From: Candidatus Magasanikiibacteriota bacterium
GTDB lineage: Bacteria; Patescibacteriota; Patescibacteriia; Magasanikbacterales; GWA2-37-8
Reading direction: 5' to 3'
Assembly: GCA_046590235.1 (NCBI GenBank)
Contig: JBKJTY010000032.1
Location: 6,834-70,833 of the forward strand
DNA: 64,000 bases
The position numbers and the translations under genes are program-made. Below are positions 9,136-19,647 of this stretch, in pieces. The notes under the pieces were generated by a model. The model did not search any database, was not told the DNA's origin, and saw only the letters and a program-made list of their open reading frames with translations. The first letter of the stretch is position 1. Each line of letters begins with the position of its first letter.

Positions 9136-11211
9136 TTATTTTGTGCGACCTGCGATGATTTGCGCAGCAACGTTGTTTGGAACGTCTGCGTAATGATCGA
9201 ATTCCATAGAAGAGGAAGCGCGACCCTGAGACATGGAGCGCAAGTTGGTTACATAACCAAACATACTTGCGAGAGGGACCATAGCACGGACAACTTTCAT
9301 TGTACCGCGATCGGTCATTTCAAGGATTTGACCGCGTTTAGCATTCAAGTCACCGATCACATCACCCATGAATTGTTCTGGAGTCAAAACTTCAACTTTC
9401 ATGATAGGTTCCATGATAACTGGGTTTGCTTTTTTACAAGCAGCCTGGAAAGCCATTGAACCTGCCATTTTGAAGGCGATTTCAGAAGAGTCAACTTCGT
9501 GGTAGGAACCGTCGAAAACAGTTACCTTTAAGTCCACTACTGGGAAGCCAGCTTGGATACCGCGAGACAAACCTTCCTTAATACCTTTTTGAATAGCTGG
9601 GATAAATTCGCGAGGAACGACACCACCTTTAACTTCATCAACGAATTCAAATGGTGTACCTGGTTCAACTGGTTCAACTTTCAACCAGCAATGACCGTAT
9701 TGACCACGACCACCAGACTGTTTGACGTATTTACCTTCAGCTTCAGCAGCGACGCGAATAGTTTCTTTATACGCAACTTGAGGAGCACCGACGTTTACTT
9801 CAACCTTGAATTCACGCTTCATGCGATCAACCAAGATATCGAGGTGCAATTCACCCATACCAGAGATAATAGTCTGGAGCGTTTCTTCGTCAGTGTGGAT
9901 GTGGAAAGTCGGATCTTCTTCAGCCAATTTCTGCATAGCCATACCAATTCTTTCTTGGTCAGCTTTTGTCTTTGGCTCAATAGCCATTGAGATAACTGGT
10001 TCAGCAAAAGTTGGACGTTCCAAGATAATTGGATTTTCTTCAAAACACAATGTGTCACCGGTTGTAACTTCTTTCAAACCGATAGCAGCTGCGATTTCAC
10101 CAGCGTAAACTTCCTGTACATCTTCGCGGTTGTTAGCATGCATACGCACGATACGACCAAGACGTTCTTTAGTACCTTTACTGGAGTTGTAGACGTAACT
10201 ACCTGCAGTAACGACACCGGAATACACGCGGAAGAAAATAAGCTTACCAACGAATGGATCAGTAGCGATCTTAAACGCAAGCGCAGCAAAATGTTCTGTA
10301 TCAGAAACTTTTCGAACTTCTTCAGCTTCAGTGTCTGGGTTAGTACCTTTCAAAGCTGGAACATCCAACGGAGATGGCAAGTAATGCACGACGGAGTCCA
10401 ACATGAACTGCACGCCGATGTTGCCAAGCGCGGAACCACAGATGACAGGGTAAATAGTACCCTTGAGCACCATAGAGCGAATAGCTTTGCGAATTTCATC
10501 GACAGAAAATGATTTACCGTCGAGGAAACGTGCCATCATATCATCGTTTGCTTCTGCAACTTTTTCGATGAGTTTAGCACGGAATTCAGCAACCTGTTCT
10601 TTCATTTCTTCTGGGATTGGGAATTCAGTAATATTCTGACCCTTTTCACCATCGAATTTATAAGCTTTTTCTTCAATCAAATCAACTAACGCGCGGAATT
10701 CACTAGACTGACCAACTGGCAATTGGATTGCAACTGCGTCCTTAGTCAAACGTTCGTGAATAGAGGCGAGACACATAAAGAAGTCAGCGCCGAGTTTGTC
10801 CATTTTGTTGACGAAAGCAACGCGAGGCACGTTGTATTTATCAGCTTGGTGCCAAACAGTTTCAGATTGTGGTTCAACACCTTGAGAAGCGTCAAATACA
10901 GCAACCGCACCGTCGAGAACGCGAAGTGAACGTTCAACTTCAACAGTAAAGTCCACGTGACCTGGGGTATCGATCAAGTTAATGCGATGACCTTTCCAAA
11001 AACAAGTGGTGGCAGCAGAAGTGATAGTAATACCACGTTCTTGTTCCTGTTCCATCCAGTCCATGGTAGCTTCACCTTCGTGCACTTCACCGATTTTGTG
11101 TTTTTTACCGGTATAGAAAAGCACGCGTTCTGATGTGGTTGTTTTACCAGCATCGATGTGCGCCATGATACCGATATTGCGTGTTTTATCTAGGGGATAT
11201 TCACGAGGCAT
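9136..11211 (-). CDS. fusA: Elongation factor G
   Basis: [43 protein letters not shown]. Confidence 0.99.
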   Translation of the reverse strand: MPREYPLDKTRNIGIMAHIDAGKTTTSERVLFYTGKKHKIGEVHEGEATMDWMEQEQERGITITSAATTCFWKGHRINLIDTPGHVDFTVEVERSLRVLDGAVAVFDASQGVEPQSETVWHQADKYNVPRVAFVNKMDKLGADFFMCLASIHERLTKDAVAIQLPVGQSSEFRALVDLIEEKAYKFDGEKGQNITEFPIPEEMKEQVAEFRAKLIEKVAEANDDMMARFLDGKSFSVDEIRKAIRSMVLKGTIYPVICGSALGNIGVQFMLDSVVHYLPSPLDVPALKGTNPDTEAEEVRKVSDTEHFAALAFKIATDPFVGKLIFFRVYSGVVTAGSYVYNSSKGTKERLGRIVRMHANNREDVQEVYAGEIAAAIGLKEVTTGDTLCFEENPIILERPTFAEPVISMAIEPKTKADQERIGMAMQKLAEEDPTFHIHTDEETLQTIISGMGELHLDILVDRMKREFKVEVNVGAPQVAYKETIRVAAEAEGKYVKQSGGRGQYGHCWLKVEPVEPGTPFEFVDEVKGGVVPREFIPAIQKGIKEGLSRGIQAGFPVVDLKVTVFDGSYHEVDSSEIAFKMAGSMAFQAACKKANPVIMEPIMKVEVLTPEQFMGDVIGDLNAKRGQILEMTDRGTMKVVRAMVPLASMFGYVTNLRSMSQGRASSSMEFDHYADVPNNVAAQIIAGRTK

Positions 11212-11228
11212 AAATATAAATAGGAAAA

Positions 11229-11259
11229 CCCGCCGTCGCTAAAGCTATGGCGGGCGAAG
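11229..11259. repeat. REP-like palindromic element, family A
   Basis: CCCGCCGTCGCTAAAGCTATGGCGGGCGAAG between rpsG and fusA. Confidence 0.65.
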
Positions 11260-11261
11260 AA

Positions 11262-11738
11262 TTATTTCGCAAAGCGAGCAAAGTGAGCAAACGCTTTGTT
11301 AGCTTCCGCCATACGGTGCATGTCGTCGCGTTTTTTCATCGCGTCGCCGAGACCTTGGCTGGTTTCGAACAAGATTGTAGCTAATTTCTGGGCCATTGGC
11401 TGACCTTTCTTTGCGCGAGCTGCATCAATGATCCAGCGGAATGCAAGTGCATTCTGGCGGTCACCACGAACTGGCATAGGAACCTGGTAGTTAGCACCAC
11501 CAACGCGGCGGGAGCGAACTTCCATTTGTGGAGAAATAGTTTTGATAGCATCTTCGAATACTTTTACTGGATCTTTCTTAGCTGTTTCAGTAATGATATC
11601 GAAAGCACCGTAAACAACGGACTGTGCAGTAGCTTTCTTGCCTTTGCGCATAACGTTGTTGATGAGTTTTGCGACGAGAACGTTGCCAAATTTAGGATCT
11701 GGCTTGATGTCGCGTTTTTTTGCTTGTTTACCACGCAT
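11262..11738 (-). CDS. rpsG: 30S ribosomal protein S7
   Basis: MEVRSRRVGGANYQVP, HRMAEANKAFAHF. Confidence 0.99.
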   Translation of the reverse strand: MRGKQAKKRDIKPDPKFGNVLVAKLINNVMRKGKKATAQSVVYGAFDIITETAKKDPVKVFEDAIKTISPQMEVRSRRVGGANYQVPMPVRGDRQNALAFRWIIDAARAKKGQPMAQKLATILFETSQGLGDAMKKRDDMHRMAEANKAFAHFARFAK

Positions 11739-11829
11739 ATGTTTTCATTTAGTAATGGAATGTGAAAGCGATTTCATTTTTTTCATATTTGCCGCAGCAA
11801 CTTTGAAAAAAATGAAACGCTGAGCATCT

Positions 11830-12258
11830 TTATTTCTTAGCTGCCTTTGGACGCTTGTTGCCGTACAAAGAGCGGCCGCGACGACGAGCTGCGACACCCT
11901 GAGTATCATAGATACCACGAACAATGTGGTAACGCACACCTGGTAAATCTTTTACACGACCACCGCGGATGAGCACGATAGAGTGTTCCTGAAGGTTGTG
12001 ACCTTCACCAGGGATATAAGCGATAACTTCCATACCGTTGGAAAGGCGAACCTTTGCAACTTTACGTAAAGCGGAGTTAGGTTTCTTTGGGGTGGTTGTA
12101 TACACTTTTGTACAAACGCCACGCTTGAAACTACTACCTTTTGGGTAAATAGTGGTGCGGCGGTGCAAGTTATCAACCGTAAATTGCAAAGCTGGGGTCT
12201 TTGTTTTGCGGACCTTTGCCTTACGTGGTTTTTTGATCAACTGACTAAGTGTTGGCAT
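11830..12258 (-). CDS. rpsL: 30S ribosomal protein S12
   Basis: [35 protein letters not shown]. Confidence 0.99.
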   Translation of the reverse strand: MPTLSQLIKKPRKAKVRKTKTPALQFTVDNLHRRTTIYPKGSSFKRGVCTKVYTTTPKKPNSALRKVAKVRLSNGMEVIAYIPGEGHNLQEHSIVLIRGGRVKDLPGVRYHIVRGIYDTQGVAARRRGRSLYGNKRPKAAKK

Positions 12259-12463
12259 AGTCTAAATAATGAATAACTTCTTAATAATTTAATAGTTGTT
12301 TGGCTCTATAAAACATTGAAATCCGCATTAGGCGGATTTGCTACTCCATCGAAATTGTAAGTTCAAACTTGTACAATTACGGCTGAGTAACAAAACAAGA
12401 ACGGATTACTTAACTCAGCCACGAGCCCGCTTAGATAGCGGATTAGTTTTCGTTCTGGTGAAA

Positions 12464-12526
12464 AGTATACCCATCAATACATTTTTTGTCAATAGTATTG
12501 ACTTCTGGCCCGATTAAGGCTATACT
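12464..12526. promoter_or_regulatory. Back-to-back sigma70 promoters (rpsL on minus, orphan ORF on plus)
   Basis: Minus: TTGACA (12492-12487)-17-TATACT (12469-12464); plus: TTGACT (12498-12503)-17-TATACT (12521-12526). Confidence 0.8.
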
Positions 12527-12575
12527 GCTCGCGTTTTAGCTCTCCAACCTTTCACCCCTATATAAGGAGTAGTGC

Positions 12576-13016
12576 ATGCGATTTGGTAAGCACATCAGTT
12601 CTGATCCTGGTCTTGTCCCTGACGGTGTCTCTGGCGTGACTGCAAGGATCAGGCGCACACCGCACTACGCTCCCCTTACGGAGGAAATGATTGAACGTCT
12701 CCCGTCCGGTACTTTCCTGGAACGAGTTCGAGCCTACTACGCCTTTCGCAAACTGAGCGTTCAGCTCTATTCGTTTGGCCATGACATCATTGGTGTCCGT
12801 AATAATAACAACGGCCGCAATGAAGTCCTGTTCGATCTGGCGCGGTGGCAGGTCAAGTACATCACCAAAGGTCCGAAGCAGGGAATTGGACGTTACGAAA
12901 ACCTGTCTGCGATGGGTGGTATGGGCGACGTCTTTGAATGTGCAAAACGGCAGATCGTGCCGCGTTCACGCACCAAGCACTGGAGCGAGAAGCATACGCT
13001 CATCGAGAACAACTAA
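12576..13016 (+). CDS. Orphan hypothetical protein (cassette-type)
   Basis: AAGGAG SD, own promoter, long hairpin at 13023-13061. Confidence 0.7.
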   Translation: MRFGKHISSDPGLVPDGVSGVTARIRRTPHYAPLTEEMIERLPSGTFLERVRAYYAFRKLSVQLYSFGHDIIGVRNNNNGRNEVLFDLARWQVKYITKGPKQGIGRYENLSAMGGMGDVFECAKRQIVPRSRTKHWSEKHTLIENN

Positions 13017-13156
13017 AACAACCTGTACGAGCACTCTCTCAAAAAGAGGGTGCTCGTACAGCCCCCCCCCTTCTCTTGTCTTGGAAATGAAAAATAGCTT
13101 ATAGTATCTATAGATTATTTTTCCTTTCCATTCCGGAAAGGTAGGAGGATACGCCC

Positions 13157-13513
13157 ATGGATGGTACGGGAACTCCCGAACGAGGACAACGAAGGTTTAG
13201 CAGTTTGGTCGTGTACGAACACGCGATGGGATTTATGATTGCGTTCTGGGTCACACGAGAGGATGTGTGGGATGATATCCCCCTCTACTCTCAACGAGAC
13301 GCCTATAACCGGCTCTGGAAGCTCTGGGCTGACGGGGAGGTGAGCATTTTTCAGTTCTATAAGCTTCACCCACTCATTGATTCGTCCGATCTTCCTGAGC
13401 AATCAAGAGACACGCTTGCGTGTTTCCTCAAGCGCACGAAACCGCTTATCGGACCGGGCGAATGCAACGCAGTTTCCCTGCGAGTCCAGCTGAACCCACG
13501 TCGGGCAGCTTAA
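13157..13513 (+). CDS. Orphan hypothetical protein (cassette-type)
   Basis: AGGAGG SD; GC hairpin at 13527-13559. Confidence 0.65.
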   Translation: MDGTGTPERGQRRFSSLVVYEHAMGFMIAFWVTREDVWDDIPLYSQRDAYNRLWKLWADGEVSIFQFYKLHPLIDSSDLPEQSRDTLACFLKRTKPLIGPGECNAVSLRVQLNPRRAA

Positions 13514-13587
13514 AAACAACATTATACCGTACTGGCACTGGGAGGCGGTGCTAGTACGGACCCCTCTTCGCACCGCACAGGTGTTTT

Positions 13588-15513
13588 TTATTTATGATCG
13601 ATCGGCAAAGAAAAAGCAAAGGTGCTCCCCTTCCCCGATACGCTTTCAACTAATTCTATTGAGCCACCCATAGCCTCCACCATGAGTTTTGAAATGTAGA
13701 GCCCTAAACCAGTCCCTTTCGTCACATCACGTGTTAATATTTTCTCACCTGCTTGCTGGAATTTTCTGAAGAGTAAGGCTTGATTCCCGGGTGAAATACC
13801 CTTGCCTGTATCGGTCACTACCACCCTAAGCAAAGGGCTTGCTTTTTCAATCATCACCGTGATTCCACCCTGTTCAGTATAATTAATCGCGTTACCCAAA
13901 AGATTAAACAGGACTTGTGTTGTTCGATCGACATCGCCATACACCATTGGTAGCCCTTTAGGCGGCTGCTTAACGGTAAATGTAAGATGCTTGGCAGTCG
14001 CCAATGGTTCAATCTTAGAAGTTACCCCCTTCAGGGCAACCACCAAATCAAAAGGTTCCTTTTTAAAAGTAATTTTCCCTTGCTCCAATCGCGACACATC
14101 CAAGAAGTCATTCACGATAGCAATTAAACGCGTGCTCGCATCGTAGGTATCCTGAATAATTTCAGCCTTATCCTTAACCTTTAATTTATTTGTAAAATCA
14201 CGGAACATTTCCATGTTACCGCGAATTGCAGTGAGGGGCGTACGTAGTTCGTGAGAGGCTAGAGCAAAAAATTCTTCACGAGAGCGTTCCAGAACTTTTG
14301 CCTCAGTAATATCTTCGAACAACAAAACATAGCCGATCATTTTTTTATCATCTTCAGCAATAATAATAGGTGCGACAATGCCACGTAGCGATTTTCTGCC
14401 AAAAATAATATTTTTTATTTCACAAATAACCTTGCCTTTAAGGCATTTTTCTATTTGAGACTGAACATCAAAACTCTCACCCAGTATCTTGGCAATATCT
14501 GCCACCGAAGAAGCTTTAACACTCTTCTCCCCTAAGAGTTCGCCCATAGCTTTATTCTTAACCAGAATCATATGGTTTGTATCAGCGATCACGAACCCAA
14601 AAGAGAGGCTGTTGATCGAGGCCAGCAGGCGGGCTTTTTCAGCTTGCAACTCAGAAGTGCGTTCCACCACAATCTGGTCCACTTTTTTCTTTTCAACATC
14701 AAGATCCTCGAGCAGGTTAAGGATGGCGGATTTTGATTTCTCCACTTCGATTACCTTAAGCGATAGATCAGCCGTCTTCTCCTTTATCTTTTCATCTAAA
14801 TGTTGATATGTTTCGGCTAATTTTGCAGTCATCTCATTAAAAGCCGCTGCCACATCGCCAACTTCATCGTTAGAAGGCATGTAAATTTTCACGCCTAGTT
14901 TTCCCTCTTTAATCTTATTTACGTGTTCATGAAGTTTGTTTAATGGATTTAAAATGCCTCTGCTAAATAGCCAGGCAAAAAATAAGGCGATAACAATACT
15001 TAGGCTACTACCGATCGCAAGTGAACGAAGAACATTTGTTATACTCTGGTCTATCTGATTTTTAAAATACCCCACTCGAAAAATGCCCTTGTTATAGTCT
15101 AAACGTAAGGCAGTGTCATAGACTTCTCGACCATCTTCTTGTTTAATTAAAACAATACGTTTATTTTCCCCTTGCGGTAAAGTATTATATGACTGAACAG
15201 TTGCTTCGTCACCCACAACCAATGTACTGGCAAGCAAGCGGTTGTTTTCATCAATCACCAACATATAGGCGACATCCGTATGGGCAGCTTTTTGATTAAA
15301 AATTAAATTGATTATACTCTCTTTGTTATCTGTCAAAACAAAATTCGTCAAATCACTTATTTCTGCTTGGCTATTGTTGATAATCCTATTGATAAGATCA
15401 TTTGTTAAGTTATTTTTAACCGTATAGCCAGCAATAAACAAACTGCTAACAGAAGATATAAGAACAAGACTCAAAAAGAGAAGGGGGATCTTAATTTTAA
15501 GCTTAAAGGCCAT
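13588..15513 (-). CDS. Membrane sensor histidine kinase (2 TM, HAMP, PAS-like, HisKA, HATPase)
   Basis: ASHELRTPLT H-box, NLLGNAINYT N-box, DTGKGI G1, GTGLGL G2; DEVGDVAAAFNEM HAMP. Confidence 0.95.
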   Translation of the reverse strand: MAFKLKIKIPLLFLSLVLISSVSSLFIAGYTVKNNLTNDLINRIINNSQAEISDLTNFVLTDNKESIINLIFNQKAAHTDVAYMLVIDENNRLLASTLVVGDEATVQSYNTLPQGENKRIVLIKQEDGREVYDTALRLDYNKGIFRVGYFKNQIDQSITNVLRSLAIGSSLSIVIALFFAWLFSRGILNPLNKLHEHVNKIKEGKLGVKIYMPSNDEVGDVAAAFNEMTAKLAETYQHLDEKIKEKTADLSLKVIEVEKSKSAILNLLEDLDVEKKKVDQIVVERTSELQAEKARLLASINSLSFGFVIADTNHMILVKNKAMGELLGEKSVKASSVADIAKILGESFDVQSQIEKCLKGKVICEIKNIIFGRKSLRGIVAPIIIAEDDKKMIGYVLLFEDITEAKVLERSREEFFALASHELRTPLTAIRGNMEMFRDFTNKLKVKDKAEIIQDTYDASTRLIAIVNDFLDVSRLEQGKITFKKEPFDLVVALKGVTSKIEPLATAKHLTFTVKQPPKGLPMVYGDVDRTTQVLFNLLGNAINYTEQGGITVMIEKASPLLRVVVTDTGKGISPGNQALLFRKFQQAGEKILTRDVTKGTGLGLYISKLMVEAMGGSIELVESVSGKGSTFAFSLPIDHK

Positions 15514-15521
15514 ACAAAAAG

Positions 15522-16727
15522 TTATTTGACCGGGACGAGAACAAAGTTTTTATTATTGAAATTAGTTAGGTACACCTTACCTAAACCCTGGTGATTCGTC
15601 GCACTAAATGATACATTAACACCGATGCCAGCGTCATAATTAGTTAGCGATTCCAGCGCTGTTATCAAACCTTCTCTGGTTGGATTTTTACCAGCTAACC
15701 TAATACCTTCAGCCAAGACTTTAGTATTTATATATCCTTCAAGTCCACCAAACGTTGGTTCTGTGCCAGGCGCATACTTTGCCAAGCTTTGATTATACGC
15801 TTTTACAGCTTCAAATAGCTCACTATAATAAGTGGGCGGCACTACCTGGGAAATAAATACATTATCAGTATTACCTTGAAGTTCGTTGATAAAGGCTTCA
15901 GACCCCACAAACGATACGCTTTCAAACAACATTGTTGGTTTCTTTGCCTTCACTAATTTAACAAATTTTGCCAAAGGAGTGTAGGTGCCGATCATTATTA
16001 TCGCTTGAGCGTCAGATGAAGTGATTGTTCCTACAGCTTCTTCGACTTGTGAAGTTCCCCTCTCGTAAGAACCGAGTGCTACTGTTTTTAAACCACGTTT
16101 ATTTAAAGCTATTTTTACCCCTTCTAATCCAGCCAAGCCAAAAGCATCGGCTTGATATAAAACAGCAACCTGCTTCAACCCAAGATTGTCTACAAAATAC
16201 CTAATCGCCAATTCAGTTTCTTGGTAATAGGAGCCTCGGATATTAAAGATGTATTTTTGCACAGGGTTTCGAAAAACCTCTGCCCCTGTGAACATACCAA
16301 CCAAAGGAATCTTTGCTTCCTCAACAAGTGGCATAACCTTCACTCCTGTTGGAGTCCCGACATAGTTGAACAGAGCAAAAACTTTATCCTGATTAATCAG
16401 TTTTTGGGTATTTTCGACTGCTTTTGGGGGGTCATACCGATCATCATAACTAACCATCTTTAACTGTCTCCCATTAATACCTCCTGCTTCATTAATTTCT
16501 TTTATAGCCACATTCGCGCCAGACAAAAGGTTGGTACCGAGGGTTGCCGCACTACCAGTGAGAGCTGCTGATGAGCCAATGAGAATTTGCGTATCGGTAA
16601 CACCATTAATTACTGTTTTTGTTGTATGAGAGTTGGATGACCCCTCCCAATTCTGTAAAAAAATATAATAGCCAATTCCAATTATGATAAGTAGGATAGC
16701 GCCTATAAAAAGAAATTTTTTATGCAT
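15522..16727 (-). CDS. Branched-chain amino acid (LivK-like) solute-binding protein, membrane anchored
   Basis: INEAGGINGRQL, YDDRYDPPKA, VGTPT motifs; N-terminal TM. Confidence 0.9.
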   Translation of the reverse strand: MHKKFLFIGAILLIIIGIGYYIFLQNWEGSSNSHTTKTVINGVTDTQILIGSSAALTGSAATLGTNLLSGANVAIKEINEAGGINGRQLKMVSYDDRYDPPKAVENTQKLINQDKVFALFNYVGTPTGVKVMPLVEEAKIPLVGMFTGAEVFRNPVQKYIFNIRGSYYQETELAIRYFVDNLGLKQVAVLYQADAFGLAGLEGVKIALNKRGLKTVALGSYERGTSQVEEAVGTITSSDAQAIIMIGTYTPLAKFVKLVKAKKPTMLFESVSFVGSEAFINELQGNTDNVFISQVVPPTYYSELFEAVKAYNQSLAKYAPGTEPTFGGLEGYINTKVLAEGIRLAGKNPTREGLITALESLTNYDAGIGVNVSFSATNHQGLGKVYLTNFNNKNFVLVPVK

Positions 16728-16753
16728 ACGATACTGAATAGAATAAAATGCTT

Positions 16754-17998
16754 TTATAATCTTGTTTTAAGTTTGGCAATTTCTTTTTTAAGCTCAATCA
16801 TTTTTAACTCTCGGTCAACCATCATTTTATTGATGCGTTCCAAATCAGCTTGCTTCTTTACTAATTCTCCAACTTTTGTGGATAGTTCGTTGGTTTTTTG
16901 ATTCACCTTCTCTTCCAAATTTTCATATATTTCCTTTAACTTTAAAGCCATGTCGGAAAAAGAGTTGGCCATTTCACCAAATTCATCATTTGTTTTCACA
17001 CTTGCCTTACTATCAAAATTACCGGTCTTGATTTTGCTAATTTGCTCACGAAGTTGGCGAATAGGAGCGGTGATTGTTCGCCCTACAAAGTATCCAAATA
17101 ATCCCACTACGCAGCCGACAAGTATCGTGATTATAAACAAAATAATAAAGGTTTTTTGAATAGGCGCAAGCACTTCTGCTCTATCAATTTTAGTTACCAT
17201 ACAAAGTTTTGTATCGGGCAACCAATGCCAATACCCATATACCTCGTCTCCATGATAATCAATGCGCGTAGTAAACTTCGAATTACCTTCCAAACAGCTC
17301 TTTATCTGCGGCGAAAAAAATATTCTTTTCAGTGCCGCACCTGGTTCCTTCAAAAAATCGGTGATAACTAAATTTGAAGAATTAACTAAAAATGATTCCC
17401 CTGATTTTCCTAAACCAGATCTTTCAGCCATTAAATTACTGATCTCTTGCATGTCAAGCTTTCCCACCAGGACACCGAGGAACATACTATTTTTATCTTT
17501 GATGGGAGTGGCAATGAGCACTGTCGGCTGCTCTGTAGCAACATCGTAATAAAATTCTGGAACAATCAAGTCTTTTTGAGCATTTAAAAAATATGACTCA
17601 GTGGATTTTATTTTCCCTTCATCAACCTCATTTGTGGAAGCAATAATCTCACCAGTTTTATCTATGATAAAGATGCCTGGTAGCTTATGATGGATATTTT
17701 CAACCACTGTACCAAAAGCTTTTTTTCTGGTTTCATCATCTTTATTCAATAAAAACTGAACAATTAACTTTTGGGTACTCTCACTTTGGGCAGCAAAACC
17801 AATTTCAATAATTTTTTCATTATAATACCGTTTTAGGTTAAACTCCTTCAGCGCTACCACACTTTCCAATTGAGCTTTTATATTACTCTCAACTAAATCT
17901 TGCAAGATAAAAAAGAATGAGCCACCGCCTATAACAGCGACCAACACAACTACTACTTCAATCGTGAGAATAATTTTCTTGACCAAATTAAATCTCAT
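16754..17998 (-). CDS. Cache-HAMP membrane sensor lacking a kinase domain
   Basis: Two TM segments, Cache-like GKSGESFLVN...DYHG, HAMP DEFGEMANSF, coiled-coil end DRELKMIELKKEI. Confidence 0.8.
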   Translation of the reverse strand: MRFNLVKKIILTIEVVVVLVAVIGGGSFFFILQDLVESNIKAQLESVVALKEFNLKRYYNEKIIEIGFAAQSESTQKLIVQFLLNKDDETRKKAFGTVVENIHHKLPGIFIIDKTGEIIASTNEVDEGKIKSTESYFLNAQKDLIVPEFYYDVATEQPTVLIATPIKDKNSMFLGVLVGKLDMQEISNLMAERSGLGKSGESFLVNSSNLVITDFLKEPGAALKRIFFSPQIKSCLEGNSKFTTRIDYHGDEVYGYWHWLPDTKLCMVTKIDRAEVLAPIQKTFIILFIITILVGCVVGLFGYFVGRTITAPIRQLREQISKIKTGNFDSKASVKTNDEFGEMANSFSDMALKLKEIYENLEEKVNQKTNELSTKVGELVKKQADLERINKMMVDRELKMIELKKEIAKLKTRL

Positions 17999-18000
17999 AG

Positions 18001-19008
18001 TTAATTACTGTGAATGGCGTGTAAAAATTCCATGGTATAAGCATCTGTAATTATAATTGGTCTAGCTAATATTTTTTGTTCCAGCAAAATATTCTCCACC
18101 TGTTTCCACTGATCAATCTCCATCCAGCCAATAGCAGATTTACCAGTATGGATGAGCGGCACTGACGTGTGCAGCATGTAGGCTTCATGCTGTTTAGAAC
18201 TATTAGTGGCATATTGCAAGGTGATACCAACCGCCTCATCTTCGTGCTCAATTGCATATTGCCAACCCTGCAGCGTAGCTTTAAGGAAGCGTTTTACTAC
18301 ATCTGATTTGGACTGTATTGTCTCCTCGGTAGCAAACAATACATCGGCATACATATTAACCCCATAGTCAGCCATGAGAATAGTATTTACCTCCGCGCCA
18401 GCTTCCCTGGCCTGGTTTGGCTCATTAATAATATAACCTGTGGACACATCAGTTTTCCCAGATAAAAGCTCTGCGGCATCATAGCCAATTGCGACCTCTT
18501 TGATCTTACTGCGGTCAATTTTGAGCTTACTCATCATAGCTGAATAGAGATATTCAACATTTACCCCTTGTTCTAAGCCGACTGTTTTACCTATAAAATC
18601 TTGCGGTTTTATTATCCCACTTTTTTTCAAAGCATATGCCGTCACTGGATTGATTTTATAGATAACGGCAATCGCCTTAATTGGTAATCCCCTAGCTCGA
18701 GCTAACACTAGCTCATCTGCTCCGGTGATACCAAAATCTGCCCGGCCGGCAACAACCGCATCAATGGTTGGATCTTCAAAACTAAATGGAGTTATATTTA
18801 CTTTTAGCCTTTCATCAGCATAATACCCTTTTTCAACTGCTACATAATTACCTGCAAATTGCGCCTGATGCACCCACTTGAGCTTCAAGTTTACTTCTTG
18901 GACGGGGCCGCTATTTTTTTTATGAACAGTTCCTTTGTTATACTGTGTCCAAAATATGACTACACCAGTAAAAACGAGTAATGCAAAAAGAATAATTATT
19001 TTTTTCAT
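18001..19008 (-). CDS. NMT1/THI5-like solute-binding protein
   Basis: LKWVHQAQFAGNYVAVEKGYY, PQDFIGKTVG, FLKATLQGWQYA. Confidence 0.9.
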   Translation of the reverse strand: MKKIIILFALLVFTGVVIFWTQYNKGTVHKKNSGPVQEVNLKLKWVHQAQFAGNYVAVEKGYYADERLKVNITPFSFEDPTIDAVVAGRADFGITGADELVLARARGLPIKAIAVIYKINPVTAYALKKSGIIKPQDFIGKTVGLEQGVNVEYLYSAMMSKLKIDRSKIKEVAIGYDAAELLSGKTDVSTGYIINEPNQAREAGAEVNTILMADYGVNMYADVLFATEETIQSKSDVVKRFLKATLQGWQYAIEHEDEAVGITLQYATNSSKQHEAYMLHTSVPLIHTGKSAIGWMEIDQWKQVENILLEQKILARPIIITDAYTMEFLHAIHSN

Positions 19009-19122
19009 ATGTAATTATAAAAATGAGACTATACTTTAGACTCATTAAACTCCTTATTCATATATAAAAGACTATTTAATTACACTTTAATATTGGTAAG
19101 TGTACTTTTTTAAAGCGAGCGC

Positions 19123-19509
19123 CTATCCACCGATAACTTGCTTAACCTTTTCAACAACCTCTTTTGGCGTATGATCACTTTTGACCAAATAACAGGCCGC
19201 CCCAAGTTTAAGCGCTTTCTTTGCATCTTCCGGGCCAGCTAAATTACTCAGGATAATGACAGGAATTTTTTTCGTTGCCTTATCGGTTTTAAGGCGTTCA
19301 AGCACTTCAAAACCATTCATTTTTGGCATCATCATATCCAGAAGAATAATAGCGGGCAACGGCGTTATTTTGGAAAGCTTTGCTAAAGCCTCTTCACCAT
19401 TTACAGCTGTCTGAACAGATTCAAAACCTGATAACATAAAGATCCGTTGGTACATCCGCATCATGAGCGGGTCATCTTCAACAATTAATACGGTCGTCTT
19501 TTTTTTCAT
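19123..19509 (-). CDS. Stand-alone response regulator receiver (CheY-like)
   Basis: VLIVEDD, LLDMMMPKMNG, IILSN, YLVK. Confidence 0.93.
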   Translation of the reverse strand: MKKKTTVLIVEDDPLMMRMYQRIFMLSGFESVQTAVNGEEALAKLSKITPLPAIILLDMMMPKMNGFEVLERLKTDKATKKIPVIILSNLAGPEDAKKALKLGAACYLVKSDHTPKEVVEKVKQVIGG

Positions 19510-19647
19510 AGATTTAAAAAACTAAATTGCTTTTTTTCTTTGCTTTAATTATAGCAGAAAAACAATCTTCCTACAAACTATCATTCTATAATTGATAACG
19601 TGTCCTCAAATGTGCTATACTGCAGATAAGTTATCATTACATTTTCT

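Noticed and set aside
4-12176. Many 60-165 aa ORFs antisense or out of frame to ribosomal, tuf and fusA genes
   Set aside because: Shadow ORFs of conserved, codon-biased genes; no independent signals.
13017-13560. Cassette hairpins as integron attC sites
   Set aside because: No consistent RYYYAAC...GTTRRRY ends, the cassettes carry their own promoters and are dispersed, and there is no intI in the window.
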